NCBI GenBank assembly: GCA_046599085.1
Contig: JBKJHI010000003.1
Location: 1 to 62,239, forward strand
Source: Candidatus Limnocylindrales bacterium
GTDB taxonomy: Bacteria > Chloroflexota > Limnocylindria > Limnocylindrales > CSP1-4
Reading direction: 5' to 3'
Length of the DNA: 62,239 bases
Shown here: piece by piece, positions 1 through 9,493 of the stretch
How positions within the stretch are numbered: position 1 is the stretch's first letter
Layout: each line of letters starts with the position of its first letter
Notes under the pieces: generated by a model
The model's input: only the letters and a program-made list of their open reading frames with translations
What the model was told of the DNA's origin: nothing
Database searches by the model: none
Position numbers and translations under genes: made by a program

Positions 1-1
1 C

Positions 2-889
2 GACCTCGATTCGATCGAGGCAGAGCGGCGCCAGATCGCGCGTGCCGAAGGGTTCGGGGACGACACCACCGCCTACCGCGCGTCGCTCGATGCAGATCCG
101 GCCAACACGCCCGGGACCAAGGATGAGCTCGTCGAGCGTGCGCGCGAGGACACCGAGCGGGCGATGGCCATGGCGCCGCGCTACTTCGGGCGACTCCCCA
201 GGGCCGGGCTCGACGTTCGTGCCGTCGAGGAGTACAAGGAGCGGGACGCACCCTTCGCCTACTACTACCCGCCGGCCGCCGACGGGTCGCGCGACGGGAT
301 CTATTACGCCAACGGCTACGACCTGCCGTCGCGCAAGTACAGCAAGCTCGCTTCGACGACGTACCACGAGGCGGCTCCCGGGCACCATTTCCAGATCACG
401 CTCGAGATGGAAAATGAGCACCTCAACACGTTCCGGCGGCTCGGGTCGCGGATGGTCGGTGGGGCGTACGTCGAGGGCTGGGGGCTGTACAGCGAGCGGC
501 TGGCCGATGAGATGGGCCTGTTTCGAGACGAGGGGGAACGCTTCGGGATGCTCGACGCCCAGGCCTGGCGGGCCGCCCGTCTCGTCGTCGATACCGGGCT
601 GCATGCCTTGCGCTGGCCGCGTCAGCGATCGATCGATTTCCTGCAGGCGACCGGGTTGTCGCCGACCGACGCGACGATCGAGACCGACCGGTACATCTGC
701 TGGCCGGGACAGGCGTTGACCTACAAGATCGGCCAGCGCGAGATCGAGCGCCTGCGCCGCGTGTTGTCCGCCCGCGACGGATCCGCGTTCGACCTGCGGG
801 CGTTCCACGATGCCGTCCTTGCCCACGGCTCGTTGCCGCTCGCGACGCTCAGCCGGGAGCTCCCCGACTGGCTGGCGACCCCGGTCTGA
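2..889 (+). CDS. DUF885-family protein, C-terminal part (5' end outside window)
   Basis: Frame is open from the window edge to the stop at 887-889. Product carries HEAAPGHH and EGWGLYSE motifs and the overall pattern I associate with DUF885. Confidence 0.8.
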   Translation, partial: DLDSIEAERRQIARAEGFGDDTTAYRASLDADPANTPGTKDELVERAREDTERAMAMAPRYFGRLPRAGLDVRAVEEYKERDAPFAYYYPPAADGSRDGIYYANGYDLPSRKYSKLASTTYHEAAPGHHFQITLEMENEHLNTFRRLGSRMVGGAYVEGWGLYSERLADEMGLFRDEGERFGMLDAQAWRAARLVVDTGLHALRWPRQRSIDFLQATGLSPTDATIETDRYICWPGQALTYKIGQREIERLRRVLSARDGSAFDLRAFHDAVLAHGSLPLATLSRELPDWLATPV

Positions 890-895
890 GCCGGC

Positions 896-2317
896 TCAGG
901 AATCGAAGCCGATTCCGAGGGAGTCCAGCGTTCGCAGGAGGATCGAGCGCCGACCCTCGTTCCGATCGGCCCGGTCGAGTTCGTGACGAACGACGTTGAC
1001 CGCGATCGAGCGGAATGGCTCGGGCGGGAAGGGGATCGGCGGGTCGGCCACGATCCCCAACCGCAGCCGGTCTGAACCAGGGCGGAGGATGAAGTCGCGG
1101 ACCACGCCCCCGGCCCAGCGGCTGGCCCCGACGCCGAGCCCGGTATAGCCCAGCGCGTACGTCACCCGGCCGCCCATGGTCTGACCGAACGTCACCGTGA
1201 AGCGTGTCGTCGTGTCGATCGCCCCACCCCAGCGATACGGGAAACGCAGATCGGGTAACTGCGGGAAGGCTCGACGGAAGTGGGCCTCAAGGCGTTCGAA
1301 GGTGGCCGGTCGACGATCCAGTTCGGGGCCGACCCGGCTGCCGAAGTAGTGGATGGCGTCGTAGCCACCCCACAGGATCCGGTCGTCGGCCGTGAGCCGG
1401 AAGTAGTGGAACTGGTTGTTCGCGTCGCTGAGTCCCTGGCGGCCGTACCAGCCGATCGCCTCGTGCTGCGCGGCGGTCAAGGGCGCGGAGACCAGGACGT
1501 AGTCGTAGACCGGCACGAACAGCGGCGACAACCGGCGGAACCAGCTGGAGTAGGCGGACGTGGCGATCACGACATGCGCCGCCCGGAGCCGAGCCCCGCC
1601 CGCGGTCGTCACGGTCACCCCGCCCGCCCGCCGCGTGACGCCGGTGATCTGCGTGTGCTCGTGGATGCGGATGCCGCGCTGGCGAGCGACCCGAGCCAGG
1701 CCACGGCACAGCTTGGCCGGATCGACCAGCACGTCCCTCCCTGGCGGCGAATACAGGCCGCCGAGCCACAGCGGAGAGTGGACCTCGGCGTGCGCTCGGT
1801 CTCGATCCCAGAATTCGACCGTCTCGCCGTACCCCGCGGCCTCGTCCGCCCATTCGCGGAACTCGTCCACCTGATACGGCTGATCGGCGAAGGCGATCGT
1901 GCCCGTCTCCTCCAGGTCGCAGTCGATGCCGTGTTCGCGCGTGAAATCGATCAGCCCCCGGATGTTGTCGAGGCCCTCCCGCTCGAGGCGGTCCAGCTCC
2001 TCCGGGAAGTGGCGGATCCCGTTGGCGATGCCATGCGTCAGGCTCGCCTGGCAGAAGCCGCCGTTCCGGCCGCTCGCACCGAAGGCCACGGTCGCCTGCT
2101 CGAGGACGGCCACCCGCAGACCGGGATCCGTGTCGGTGAGGGCGAGCGCGCTCCACAGCCCGGTGTAGCCACCACCGACCACGACCACGTCGACCTCGAC
2201 GTCCTCGTCGCGAGCAAGCGGCGGATCGCTGAGCCCTCGACCGTCCGGGGGCTCCGGCTCGCGAAGCCAGTAGATGTGGTCGGTCCGGGTCGAGGCGTCG
2301 TGGTCCATCCAGGGCAT
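896..2317 (-). CDS. FAD-dependent oxidoreductase (DAO family, gamma-glutamylputrescine-oxidase-like)
   Basis: Only the last 473 codons of the 1396-aa ORF 896..5086 look protein-like. It has the dinucleotide fold VDVVVVGGGYTGLWSA and start ATG at 2317 (MPWMDH; alternative ATG 2308). Confidence 0.85.
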   Translation of the reverse strand: MPWMDHDASTRTDHIYWLREPEPPDGRGLSDPPLARDEDVEVDVVVVGGGYTGLWSALALTDTDPGLRVAVLEQATVAFGASGRNGGFCQASLTHGIANGIRHFPEELDRLEREGLDNIRGLIDFTREHGIDCDLEETGTIAFADQPYQVDEFREWADEAAGYGETVEFWDRDRAHAEVHSPLWLGGLYSPPGRDVLVDPAKLCRGLARVARQRGIRIHEHTQITGVTRRAGGVTVTTAGGARLRAAHVVIATSAYSSWFRRLSPLFVPVYDYVLVSAPLTAAQHEAIGWYGRQGLSDANNQFHYFRLTADDRILWGGYDAIHYFGSRVGPELDRRPATFERLEAHFRRAFPQLPDLRFPYRWGGAIDTTTRFTVTFGQTMGGRVTYALGYTGLGVGASRWAGGVVRDFILRPGSDRLRLGIVADPPIPFPPEPFRSIAVNVVRHELDRADRNEGRRSILLRTLDSLGIGFDS

Positions 2318-2539
2318 GGTGCCATGGCGCTGCGGCGGGTGCCCGCAGACTGCGGTTATCGAGCGCGTGTGACCCGCCGGCACCGGGATTCGCAGGCCTG
2401 CCGCCACATCGTGACGAATGTCGCGTTGACGACGGGCTCGACCGTGTGGCACGATGCCCTGACTCGCGTCCCACATCGCGCAACCGCTGTCCCACGGACC
2501 GGTCCGGACGCCTTCCACCACCCGCCGCACGAGGCTCGT

Positions 2540-3940
2540 ATGACCGCCGGATCGACCGCCAACACGACACCCAGCCTGCGCCGCGAGACCCAGATGGGGC
2601 TGTACCGGCGGGCGCTCGAGACGCTGCCGGGCGGCACGAACTCGAACTTCCGCGCCTGGGGCGATTCGACCATCTACGTCGATCGCGGACAGGGCGGCAT
2701 GGTCTGGGACATGGACGGCAACGAGTACGTCGACCTGCGCATGGGCTACGGGCCCGTGATCCTTGGCCACGGCGACGAACGGGTCGATGACTACGTCAAC
2801 GAGCGGATGCGCAAGGGCGTGAGCTTCAGCCTGACGAGCGAGGACGAGATCCGCGCGATGGAGCTCGTCAAGGAACTGACCGGCTGGGTCGACAAGGCGC
2901 GCATGACCGTCAGCGGCACCGAAGCGACGATGCACGCGATGCGCATCGCGCGGGCATACACGGGCCGCGAGAAGATCGTGAAGTTCGAGGGCCAGTACCA
3001 CGGGGTCCACGACTACGCACTGATCAGCGTCGGACCGGACGACATGTCGGAGCTCGGGGACGAGGATGCCCCGGTCGCCCTTGCCTGGGGCCGAGGCATC
3101 CCGGGCGCGGTCGCCGAGACCATCATCCCGGCCCGCTACAACCGCATCGACCGCCTGCGCACCCTGTTCGAGCAGCGCGGCGAGGAGATCGCCGCGATCA
3201 TCGTCGAGCCGGTGCTCGGCAACGCCCAGGGGATCATGCCGCAACCGGGGTTCCACAAGGAGATGCGGGCCCTGACCGAGGAGTTCGGCATCCTCCTCAT
3301 CTTCGACGAGGTCAAGACCGGCTTCCGGTTCGCCAAGGGCGGGGCGGCCGAGTTCTTCGGTATCACGCCCGACCTCGGGACCTTCGCCAAGGCGATGGGC
3401 AACGGGTATCCGGCGGCGGCCTTCGGCGGTCGCGCCGAGGTCATGGCCATGCTGCCCGACAAGGTCAGCCACGGCGGCACGTACGCCGGTAACCGGGTCG
3501 CCGCCGCGGCGGCCGTCAAGACCCTCGAGATCATCCGCGACACCCCGGCGCTCGAGACGATCCACGCGACCGGCCGGCGAGTCCAGGACGGCCTGCGCGA
3601 GATCCTCAACCCGGTGGGTATCCCGTATCACTTCACGGGCCACCCGTCGATGTTCGGGATCATGTTCCGCGAAGAGGAGGCCACGGAATACCGCGACTGG
3701 GCGACCACCGACCACGAGCTGTATGACGCCATCGCGATCGGCATGCACGCGCGCGGCGCCATGCCGGAGCCCGACTCCCGCGAGCCGTGGTTCTTCTGCG
3801 AGGCGCACGCCCAGGGCGACATCGTCGATCGCGTCCTGACCGCATTCGAGGATTCCCTGGCGGTGGCGCTCGACGAGCGCAGCCGGGGCGGCGCGTCGGC
3901 AACGCCGCACGGTGCCATGGCCTCGCCCGGGGGCGGCTGA
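2540..3940 (+). CDS. class-III PLP aminotransferase (glutamate-1-semialdehyde aminomutase-like)
   Basis: The protein-like part of ORF 1280..3940 starts at ATG 2540 (MTAGSTANT). It has LIFDEVKTGFR (PLP lysine context), GTEATMHAMRIAR and SHGGTYAGN. Confidence 0.85.
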   Translation: MTAGSTANTTPSLRRETQMGLYRRALETLPGGTNSNFRAWGDSTIYVDRGQGGMVWDMDGNEYVDLRMGYGPVILGHGDERVDDYVNERMRKGVSFSLTSEDEIRAMELVKELTGWVDKARMTVSGTEATMHAMRIARAYTGREKIVKFEGQYHGVHDYALISVGPDDMSELGDEDAPVALAWGRGIPGAVAETIIPARYNRIDRLRTLFEQRGEEIAAIIVEPVLGNAQGIMPQPGFHKEMRALTEEFGILLIFDEVKTGFRFAKGGAAEFFGITPDLGTFAKAMGNGYPAAAFGGRAEVMAMLPDKVSHGGTYAGNRVAAAAAVKTLEIIRDTPALETIHATGRRVQDGLREILNPVGIPYHFTGHPSMFGIMFREEEATEYRDWATTDHELYDAIAIGMHARGAMPEPDSREPWFFCEAHAQGDIVDRVLTAFEDSLAVALDERSRGGASATPHGAMASPGGG

Positions 3941-3943
3941 GCC

Positions 3944-4756
3944 ATGGTCCTCGAGAGCAACGCCGTCCGGTCCGTCGATCGTGCCGCCGCCCTCCTGCTG
4001 GCCCTCGGGGATTCGCCGGGCCAGGCCGGAGTGACCGAGCTCGCCCGCCGGCTCGGCCTGCACAAGTCCACGGCCTCGCGGCTGCTGGCCACGCTCCAGA
4101 AGCGTGGCCTCGTCGAGCAGGACGAGGACACCGGCAAGTACCGCCTCGGTCTCGTCGTGATCCGCCTCGCGGAGAAGGCCGAGCGAACGCTGGACCTGCG
4201 AGGGATCGCGACGCCGGAGCTCGAGCGTCTTGCTCGCCTCACCCACGAGACGACCGGGATCGGGATCCTCGACGGCGAGACGCTGCTGACCGTCGCGCAG
4301 GTCGATGGGCCGAATCTCATCGCCGTCGGCGACTGGACGGGACGGGCGACGCCGCTGCATTGCGTCGCCTCGGGCAAGGTCCTGCTGTCCGCCCTGGCGG
4401 AGCGCGAGGTCCTGCGCATGGTCCGACGAGGCCTCGTGTCGTACACCGAGCGAACCGTCACGGAGCTTGAGCCCCTGCTCGAAGAGCTGGCCCGCATCCG
4501 GCGTCGTGGCTACGCGACCGCGATCGGGGAGTACGAGCTCGGGCTCAACGCCGTGTCCGCCCCCATCCACGATGCCCGCGGGAATGTCATCGCCGCCGTC
4601 GATATCTGGGGCCCGGCCTTTCGGCTGACACCGCGCCGCATCCCGGAACTGGCCGCCCAGGCCCGCGAGACCGCGGCGGCCATCACGGTCCGCCTTGGCG
4701 GTACCGTCCCGCAGCGGGCGACGTCCACCCCGGCTGCCGTGTCCGCCACCGCCTGA
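3944..4756 (+). CDS. IclR-family transcriptional regulator
   Basis: N-terminal wHTH (SVDRAAALLLAL...GVTELARRLGLHKSTASRLLATL) and an IclR-type effector domain. Starts 3 nt after the aminotransferase stop. Confidence 0.85.
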   Translation: MVLESNAVRSVDRAAALLLALGDSPGQAGVTELARRLGLHKSTASRLLATLQKRGLVEQDEDTGKYRLGLVVIRLAEKAERTLDLRGIATPELERLARLTHETTGIGILDGETLLTVAQVDGPNLIAVGDWTGRATPLHCVASGKVLLSALAEREVLRMVRRGLVSYTERTVTELEPLLEELARIRRRGYATAIGEYELGLNAVSAPIHDARGNVIAAVDIWGPAFRLTPRRIPELAAQARETAAAITVRLGGTVPQRATSTPAAVSATA

Positions 4757-4784
4757 GGGCTCGGGGACCAGTACCCTTGTCGCC

Positions 4785-5777
4785 ATGCCGGACTTCACCA
4801 AGCCGCCCTGGAGCGACATCATCGGCGGGGTCGCAGCGAACGCCGTCGCCCTGGTCGTCATCATCGTCGTGGCGATCGGCGCGATGCGCCTGGCGACGCT
4901 GGCCGTGCGCGGGGTCGTTAAGACCCTGCTCGACCGCGAGGCGAGCGAGGGCACCGCGCAGGAGCTGTCCGCGGTCGAGCTGAAGAAGCGGATGGACACG
5001 CTCGACGAGTTCGGCACCCGCGCCATCCGCGCGTTCATCCTCATCGTCGCCACGCTCATGGTGCTGGGCCACGTGGGCCTTGACATCGGTCCAGCGGTCG
5101 CCGGGCTCGGGGTCGTCGGGATCGCCGTCGGATTCGGCGCCCAGTCCCTCGTCCGGGACTACCTGAACGGTGCACTCATCCTCGTCGAGAACCAGTTCGC
5201 CAAGGGCGACGTCATCCGCGTGGCGGGTGTCGCCGGCACGGTCGAGGACTTCACCCTTCGTCGGACGACGTTGCGCGACCTCGACGGCGTGGTCCACACG
5301 GTCCCCAATGGCGAGATCAAGGTGTCCAGCAACCTGACCCGCGTCTGGGCCCGCATCAACCAGGACATCACGCTCGCCTACGGCACGGATATCGAGCGCG
5401 CGATCACCGTCGTCGACGAGGTCGGTCGGACATTGCGCGACGACCCGGTCTGGAAGCGGCGCATCCTCGAGGCACCGCGTGTCGAGCGGGTCGAGGCCCT
5501 CGGCGAATACGGCATCACCCTGAAGATCCTTGGCAGCGTCCGCGCCGCTGAGCAGTGGGCGGCCGCCGGCGAGTTCCGCAAGCGCCTCCTTGGAGCACTC
5601 GAGGCGAACGGCATCGAGATCCCTCGACCACAGCGCGTGATCCTTTCGCGAGACCCCGCGGCGATCGGGACCGCCTGGCTCGGCGGTGGTGGCCCGGGGG
5701 CGGCGGGTGGCGGAGAGGACAGTGCTGGCGACGACGCCAGCACGGGCCGTGGCGACGCCGAGACCGACGGGCCCTGA
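4785..5777 (+). CDS. MscS-family mechanosensitive channel
   Basis: TM helices followed by the MscS beta-domain pattern (ENQFAKGDVIRVAGVAGTVEDFTLRRTTLRDLDGVVHTVPNG). ATG 4785 (MPDFTKPP) chosen because the upstream part of ORF 4695.. overlaps iclR. Confidence 0.8.
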   Translation: MPDFTKPPWSDIIGGVAANAVALVVIIVVAIGAMRLATLAVRGVVKTLLDREASEGTAQELSAVELKKRMDTLDEFGTRAIRAFILIVATLMVLGHVGLDIGPAVAGLGVVGIAVGFGAQSLVRDYLNGALILVENQFAKGDVIRVAGVAGTVEDFTLRRTTLRDLDGVVHTVPNGEIKVSSNLTRVWARINQDITLAYGTDIERAITVVDEVGRTLRDDPVWKRRILEAPRVERVEALGEYGITLKILGSVRAAEQWAAAGEFRKRLLGALEANGIEIPRPQRVILSRDPAAIGTAWLGGGGPGAAGGGEDSAGDDASTGRGDAETDGP

Positions 5778-5818
5778 CCCGGCGCGCCCATCGCCGAGCG
5801 CCCGTCTGCCGCGGTAGG

Positions 5819-7825
5819 ATGGACAGGCCAGCCAAACATCCGTCCGCAGAGGGCCCAAGCGTGACCGACCCCAGCGCCGCGTCGTCCCCCGAGATCGAGA
5901 ACCTGCTCGCGGAGCGGCGGACCTTTCCGCCCGATCCTGCCTTCGTGGCCCAGGCGAACGTCAAGGCCGGTATCTACGCAGAGGCCGAGGCGGACGTCGA
6001 GGCGTTCTGGGCGAAGCTGGCGCGCGAGCGCATCGATTGGTCCACGCCGTTCGAGACGACGCTCGAATGGGACCTGCCGTTCGCCAAGTGGTTCGGCGGC
6101 GGTCAGCTCAACGTCAGCTACAACTGCGTCGATCGGCACGTCGAGCGCGGCCTGGGCGACAAGGTCGCGTACCACTGGATCGGCGAGCCGGGCGACACGC
6201 GGACGCTCACGTTCCGCGATCTCCAGCGCGAGGTGAGCAAGGCAGCCAACGCGCTCAAGGAGCTCGGGGTCGTGGCCGGTGACCGGGTGGCGATCTACAT
6301 GCCGATGATCCCGGAACTGCCGATCGCGATGCTTGCCTGCGCGCGGATCGGGGCACCGCATACCGTCATCTTCGGCGGCTTCTCGGCCGAATCGCTTGGG
6401 GGCCGGATCAACGATTGCGGGGCGAAGATCCTGATCACCGCCGACGGCGGCTATCGGCGCGGCAAGGAGGTCGGGCTCAAGCATCACGCCGACGAGGCGC
6501 TCGCCGACACGCCGACCATCGAAGCGACCATCGTCGTGAACCGGACCGGGCACGACATCCACATGGTCCCGGGGCGCGATCACTGGTGGCACGACATCGT
6601 CGAGCGCCAGAGCGAGGACTGCGCCCCCGTGCCGGTCGACAGCGAGCACATGCTCTACCTGCTGTACACGAGCGGCACCACGGCCAAGCCCAAGGGCATC
6701 CTCCACACGACCGCGGGCTACCTGCTGGGCACGAGCTACAGCCACGAGACGGTCTTCGACATCAAGCCCGATGACGTGTACTGGTGTGCCGCCGATATCG
6801 GCTGGGTCACCGGTCACAGCTACATCGTCTACGGGCCGCTGGCCAACGCCACGACCGGCATCCTGTACGAGGGTGCGCCGGACACGCCGACCTGGGACCG
6901 CTGGTGGCAGATCGTCGAGGACTACAAGGTCTCCATCCTGTACTGCGCCCCGACGGCCATCCGCGCGTTCATGAAGCAGGGCGACCACTGGCCGGCCAAG
7001 CACGACCTCTCGACCCTGCGCCTGCTCGGCTCGGTCGGGGAGCCCATCAATCCCGAGGCGTGGCTGTGGTATCGCGAACACATCGGGGGTGATCGGACGC
7101 CGGTCGTCGATACCTGGTGGCAGACGGAGACGGGGCAGATCCTCATCTCGCCGTTGCCCGGCGTGACGACCACCAAACCCGGCAGCGCCACGTTCCCGTT
7201 CCCGGGCATCGGCGCCGACATCGTCGACAACGACGGCGTGTCCGTGCCCAACGGCGGCGGCGGGTATCTCGTCCTGACCCGGCCATGGCCTGCGATGCTG
7301 CGCGGGATCTACGGCGACCCGGAGCGGTACCGGGAGACCTACTGGAGCCGCTTCCCGGGCAAGTACTTCGCCGGCGATGGCGCCAAGCGCGACGAGGACG
7401 GCTACTTCTGGCTGCTCGGTCGGGTCGACGACGTGATGAACATCGCCGGCCACCGGATCTCCACGACCGAGGTCGAATCGGCCCTCGTCGACCACCGCAG
7501 CGTGGCCGAGGCCGCGGTTGTCGGCAAGAAGGACGACATCTCGGGGGAGGCGATCTTCGCCTACGTCATCCTGCGTGACGGTCAGGTGCCGTCCGACGCG
7601 CTGGCCGTCCAGCTGCGCGAGCACGTCGCCTACGTCATCGGTCCCATCGCGCGGCCCAAGTACCTGATGTTCGTGCCCGATCTGCCCAAGACCCGCTCGG
7701 GCAAGATCATGCGTCGGCTGTTGCGCGACCTTGCCGAGGGCCGCACGCTCGGCGACACGACGACGCTGGCCGATTCGACGGTCGTCGAGTCGATCCGCGA
7801 CCACACCGGCGGGACCGAGGAATAG
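5819..7825 (+). CDS. acs: acetyl-CoA synthetase (AMP-forming)
   Basis: Full-length Acs pattern: WFGGGQLNVSYNCVDRH, YTSGTTAKPKG, WWQTETG, PKTRSGKIMRR. Start uncertain (ATG 5819 or GTG 5861). Confidence 0.93.
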   Translation: MDRPAKHPSAEGPSVTDPSAASSPEIENLLAERRTFPPDPAFVAQANVKAGIYAEAEADVEAFWAKLARERIDWSTPFETTLEWDLPFAKWFGGGQLNVSYNCVDRHVERGLGDKVAYHWIGEPGDTRTLTFRDLQREVSKAANALKELGVVAGDRVAIYMPMIPELPIAMLACARIGAPHTVIFGGFSAESLGGRINDCGAKILITADGGYRRGKEVGLKHHADEALADTPTIEATIVVNRTGHDIHMVPGRDHWWHDIVERQSEDCAPVPVDSEHMLYLLYTSGTTAKPKGILHTTAGYLLGTSYSHETVFDIKPDDVYWCAADIGWVTGHSYIVYGPLANATTGILYEGAPDTPTWDRWWQIVEDYKVSILYCAPTAIRAFMKQGDHWPAKHDLSTLRLLGSVGEPINPEAWLWYREHIGGDRTPVVDTWWQTETGQILISPLPGVTTTKPGSATFPFPGIGADIVDNDGVSVPNGGGGYLVLTRPWPAMLRGIYGDPERYRETYWSRFPGKYFAGDGAKRDEDGYFWLLGRVDDVMNIAGHRISTTEVESALVDHRSVAEAAVVGKKDDISGEAIFAYVILRDGQVPSDALAVQLREHVAYVIGPIARPKYLMFVPDLPKTRSGKIMRRLLRDLAEGRTLGDTTTLADSTVVESIRDHTGGTEE

Positions 7826-7829
7826 CCGC

Positions 7830-8477
7830 ATGCCGTTCGATCGATTCCGCCGACGCAAGGACAACGACACGGTCCCAGCGACCGTCGCCGCGGCCGACGG
7901 TCGGCCCGGCCGTGGCGTGCCGTTCGACGGCCTGACCGAAGAGTGGCGGATCGTCGGTCACATGCAGGTGACCGGCCGGCTGTCGGATGCTCTCAACAAG
8001 CGCGAGGCCGTACCGATCGCCGACGTCCAGTGGGCACCGGCGGACGGTTCCGAGGCGATGACCGCGGCTCCCGGCCTGAAGTCGGTCGACCCGTACGACC
8101 TGATCATGGTCCTGGCCGGCGACGACACGCTGCCGGTCATGAGCGACAACGAGCGCAGCGCGCACAAGGTCCACAAGATCGCCTATGACGTCGCCCTGGA
8201 GGTCCCGCCATACCGGGTCCTCGGCACGGTCTTCCTCTTCCCGGGCTCCGAGCCCGATCGGCTCCTCGACCGTGCGACGGAGATGTTCGTCCCCATCGTC
8301 GATGCCGTCGCCTATCTCGGGGATCGCCCGCTCGGCGAGTCGATGGACGCCATCCTGGTCAACCGCTTCTACCTGCGTGGGGTCGAGCAGATCGACCGTC
8401 GCACCGGCGAGCGTCACCAGCGGCTTCCCGGCGCGTCGCTCGGCGGCGTCTCGTACTCGGACCGCGGGTCGCGCTGA
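7830..8477 (+). CDS. conserved-looking hypothetical protein (215 aa)
   Basis: ATG 7830 lies 4 nt after the acs stop. Composition is non-repetitive and protein-like. No family recognised. Confidence 0.6.
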   Translation: MPFDRFRRRKDNDTVPATVAAADGRPGRGVPFDGLTEEWRIVGHMQVTGRLSDALNKREAVPIADVQWAPADGSEAMTAAPGLKSVDPYDLIMVLAGDDTLPVMSDNERSAHKVHKIAYDVALEVPPYRVLGTVFLFPGSEPDRLLDRATEMFVPIVDAVAYLGDRPLGESMDAILVNRFYLRGVEQIDRRTGERHQRLPGASLGGVSYSDRGSR

Positions 8478-8549
8478 CCCGTCGACCAGATCCGGGCGGT
8501 CCACGACGTCGCCACACTTCCAGGCGATTCGGCCTGTGACTGCAGGCAT

Positions 8550-8570
8550 GCCGTTCGGGGGCCGAACGGC
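8550..8570 (+). terminator. stem-loop after the 7830-8477 gene (9-bp perfect stem GCCGTTCGG/CCGAACGGC, loop GGG)
   Basis: Read directly from the sequence. No U-tract follows, so intrinsic-terminator function is uncertain. Confidence 0.35.
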
Positions 8571-8682
8571 CCCCGCTTCAGGCCCCCCGTCACATGGGCT
8601 CGGCCCCCTGTATTTGCGACCCTGTGGATGTCAGACATCGGACCGGGTGGCAGGGGCCACCCACAGGGAAGGGAACAGCACC

Positions 8683-9372
8683 ATGATCGGTCGGCTTCGC
8701 ACACTTGGCGTCATCATCGGGGTCCTCGGGATCCTGTTCGTGGCTGCCGGCGCCTACAGCGCCTTCAAGGTCCAGGAGGGGATGCAGTCCCTCAGCGCAT
8801 TCAGCGCGGCACAGGGCGTCGAACTCACCTACAACGAGGCCGGTGAACTCGTCGACCGCGGCGAAGTCGCGGGCGCCCAGTCGATCATGACCCTGCTCCG
8901 GGACGACTGGGGCTATCCGGTCCAGACCTCCGAGCTCAACCCCAATGACCCGCTCGTCAACACCGGGACCGAGTACATGTACCAGATGGCGACCGTCGCC
9001 TACCACACGCTGAACAGCACCCAGACGATCGTCCTGACCGAGGACGTCGAGTACAAGGGGGAGGTCTTCACCGCCGGCACGTATGAGTTCGCGGTGGACG
9101 GCCGCTACTGGGCCGACTTCGACCGAGCGCATCCCCTCGAGGGTCCGGCTCGTGGCCAGGCCTGGACGGGTGTCGCCCATGCGCTGATCGCCGAGCTCGG
9201 CATCGGGACGGTGACCGCCTCCACGCTGCAGCTTGGCCTCGGCCTCGCCGGCCTCTTCGCCGGCATCGGCTTCACGTTCATCCTCTCCGGCCTCGGACTG
9301 GTCTGGGTGAGCCGGGCCGAGCGGGAGCCCGCATACGCCCTCAAGCAGCGCGTCGCGGGCATGCCTGCCTGA
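8683..9372 (+). CDS. membrane protein with N- and C-terminal TM segments and a ~150-aa extracytoplasmic domain
   Basis: ATG 8683 preceded by AGGGAAGGGA. N-terminal TM (LGVIIGVLGILFVAAGAY) and C-terminal hydrophobic pair (LGLGLAGLFAGIGFTFILSGLGLVWV). No family recognised. Confidence 0.65.
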   Translation: MIGRLRTLGVIIGVLGILFVAAGAYSAFKVQEGMQSLSAFSAAQGVELTYNEAGELVDRGEVAGAQSIMTLLRDDWGYPVQTSELNPNDPLVNTGTEYMYQMATVAYHTLNSTQTIVLTEDVEYKGEVFTAGTYEFAVDGRYWADFDRAHPLEGPARGQAWTGVAHALIAELGIGTVTASTLQLGLGLAGLFAGIGFTFILSGLGLVWVSRAEREPAYALKQRVAGMPA

Positions 9373-9397
9373 CGACCGCCGGGGCCGACGGCCCCGA

Positions 9398-9470
9398 AAC
9401 GACAGAGCCCGCCTCCGGCGGTGCGCGATCCCCTCGGGACGCGCCCGACAGGCGGGCTCTTCCGTGTCGT
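9398..9470. terminator. compound hairpin in the convergent spacer (bidirectional terminator candidate)
   Basis: Outer arms ACGACAGAGCCCGCC / GGCGGGCTCTTCCGTGTCGT enclose an inner hairpin GCGCG..CGCGC. The minus-strand reading is followed by TGTCGTTTC. Confidence 0.45.
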
Positions 9471-9493
9471 GTGGGCCGATGGCCCGTGTCGAA

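Noticed and set aside
896-5086. 1396-aa ORF on the minus strand, and similar giant ORFs (5378..7870 minus, 1280..3940 plus N-terminal part, 38709..40652 N-terminal part, 41493..43358 N-terminal part, 26417..28630 N-terminal part)
   Set aside because: Only their terminal segments look like real proteins. The remainder is Arg/Gly/Pro/Ala-rich with no motifs, and lies antisense to or out of frame with well-supported genes. This is typical stop-codon depletion in GC-rich DNA.
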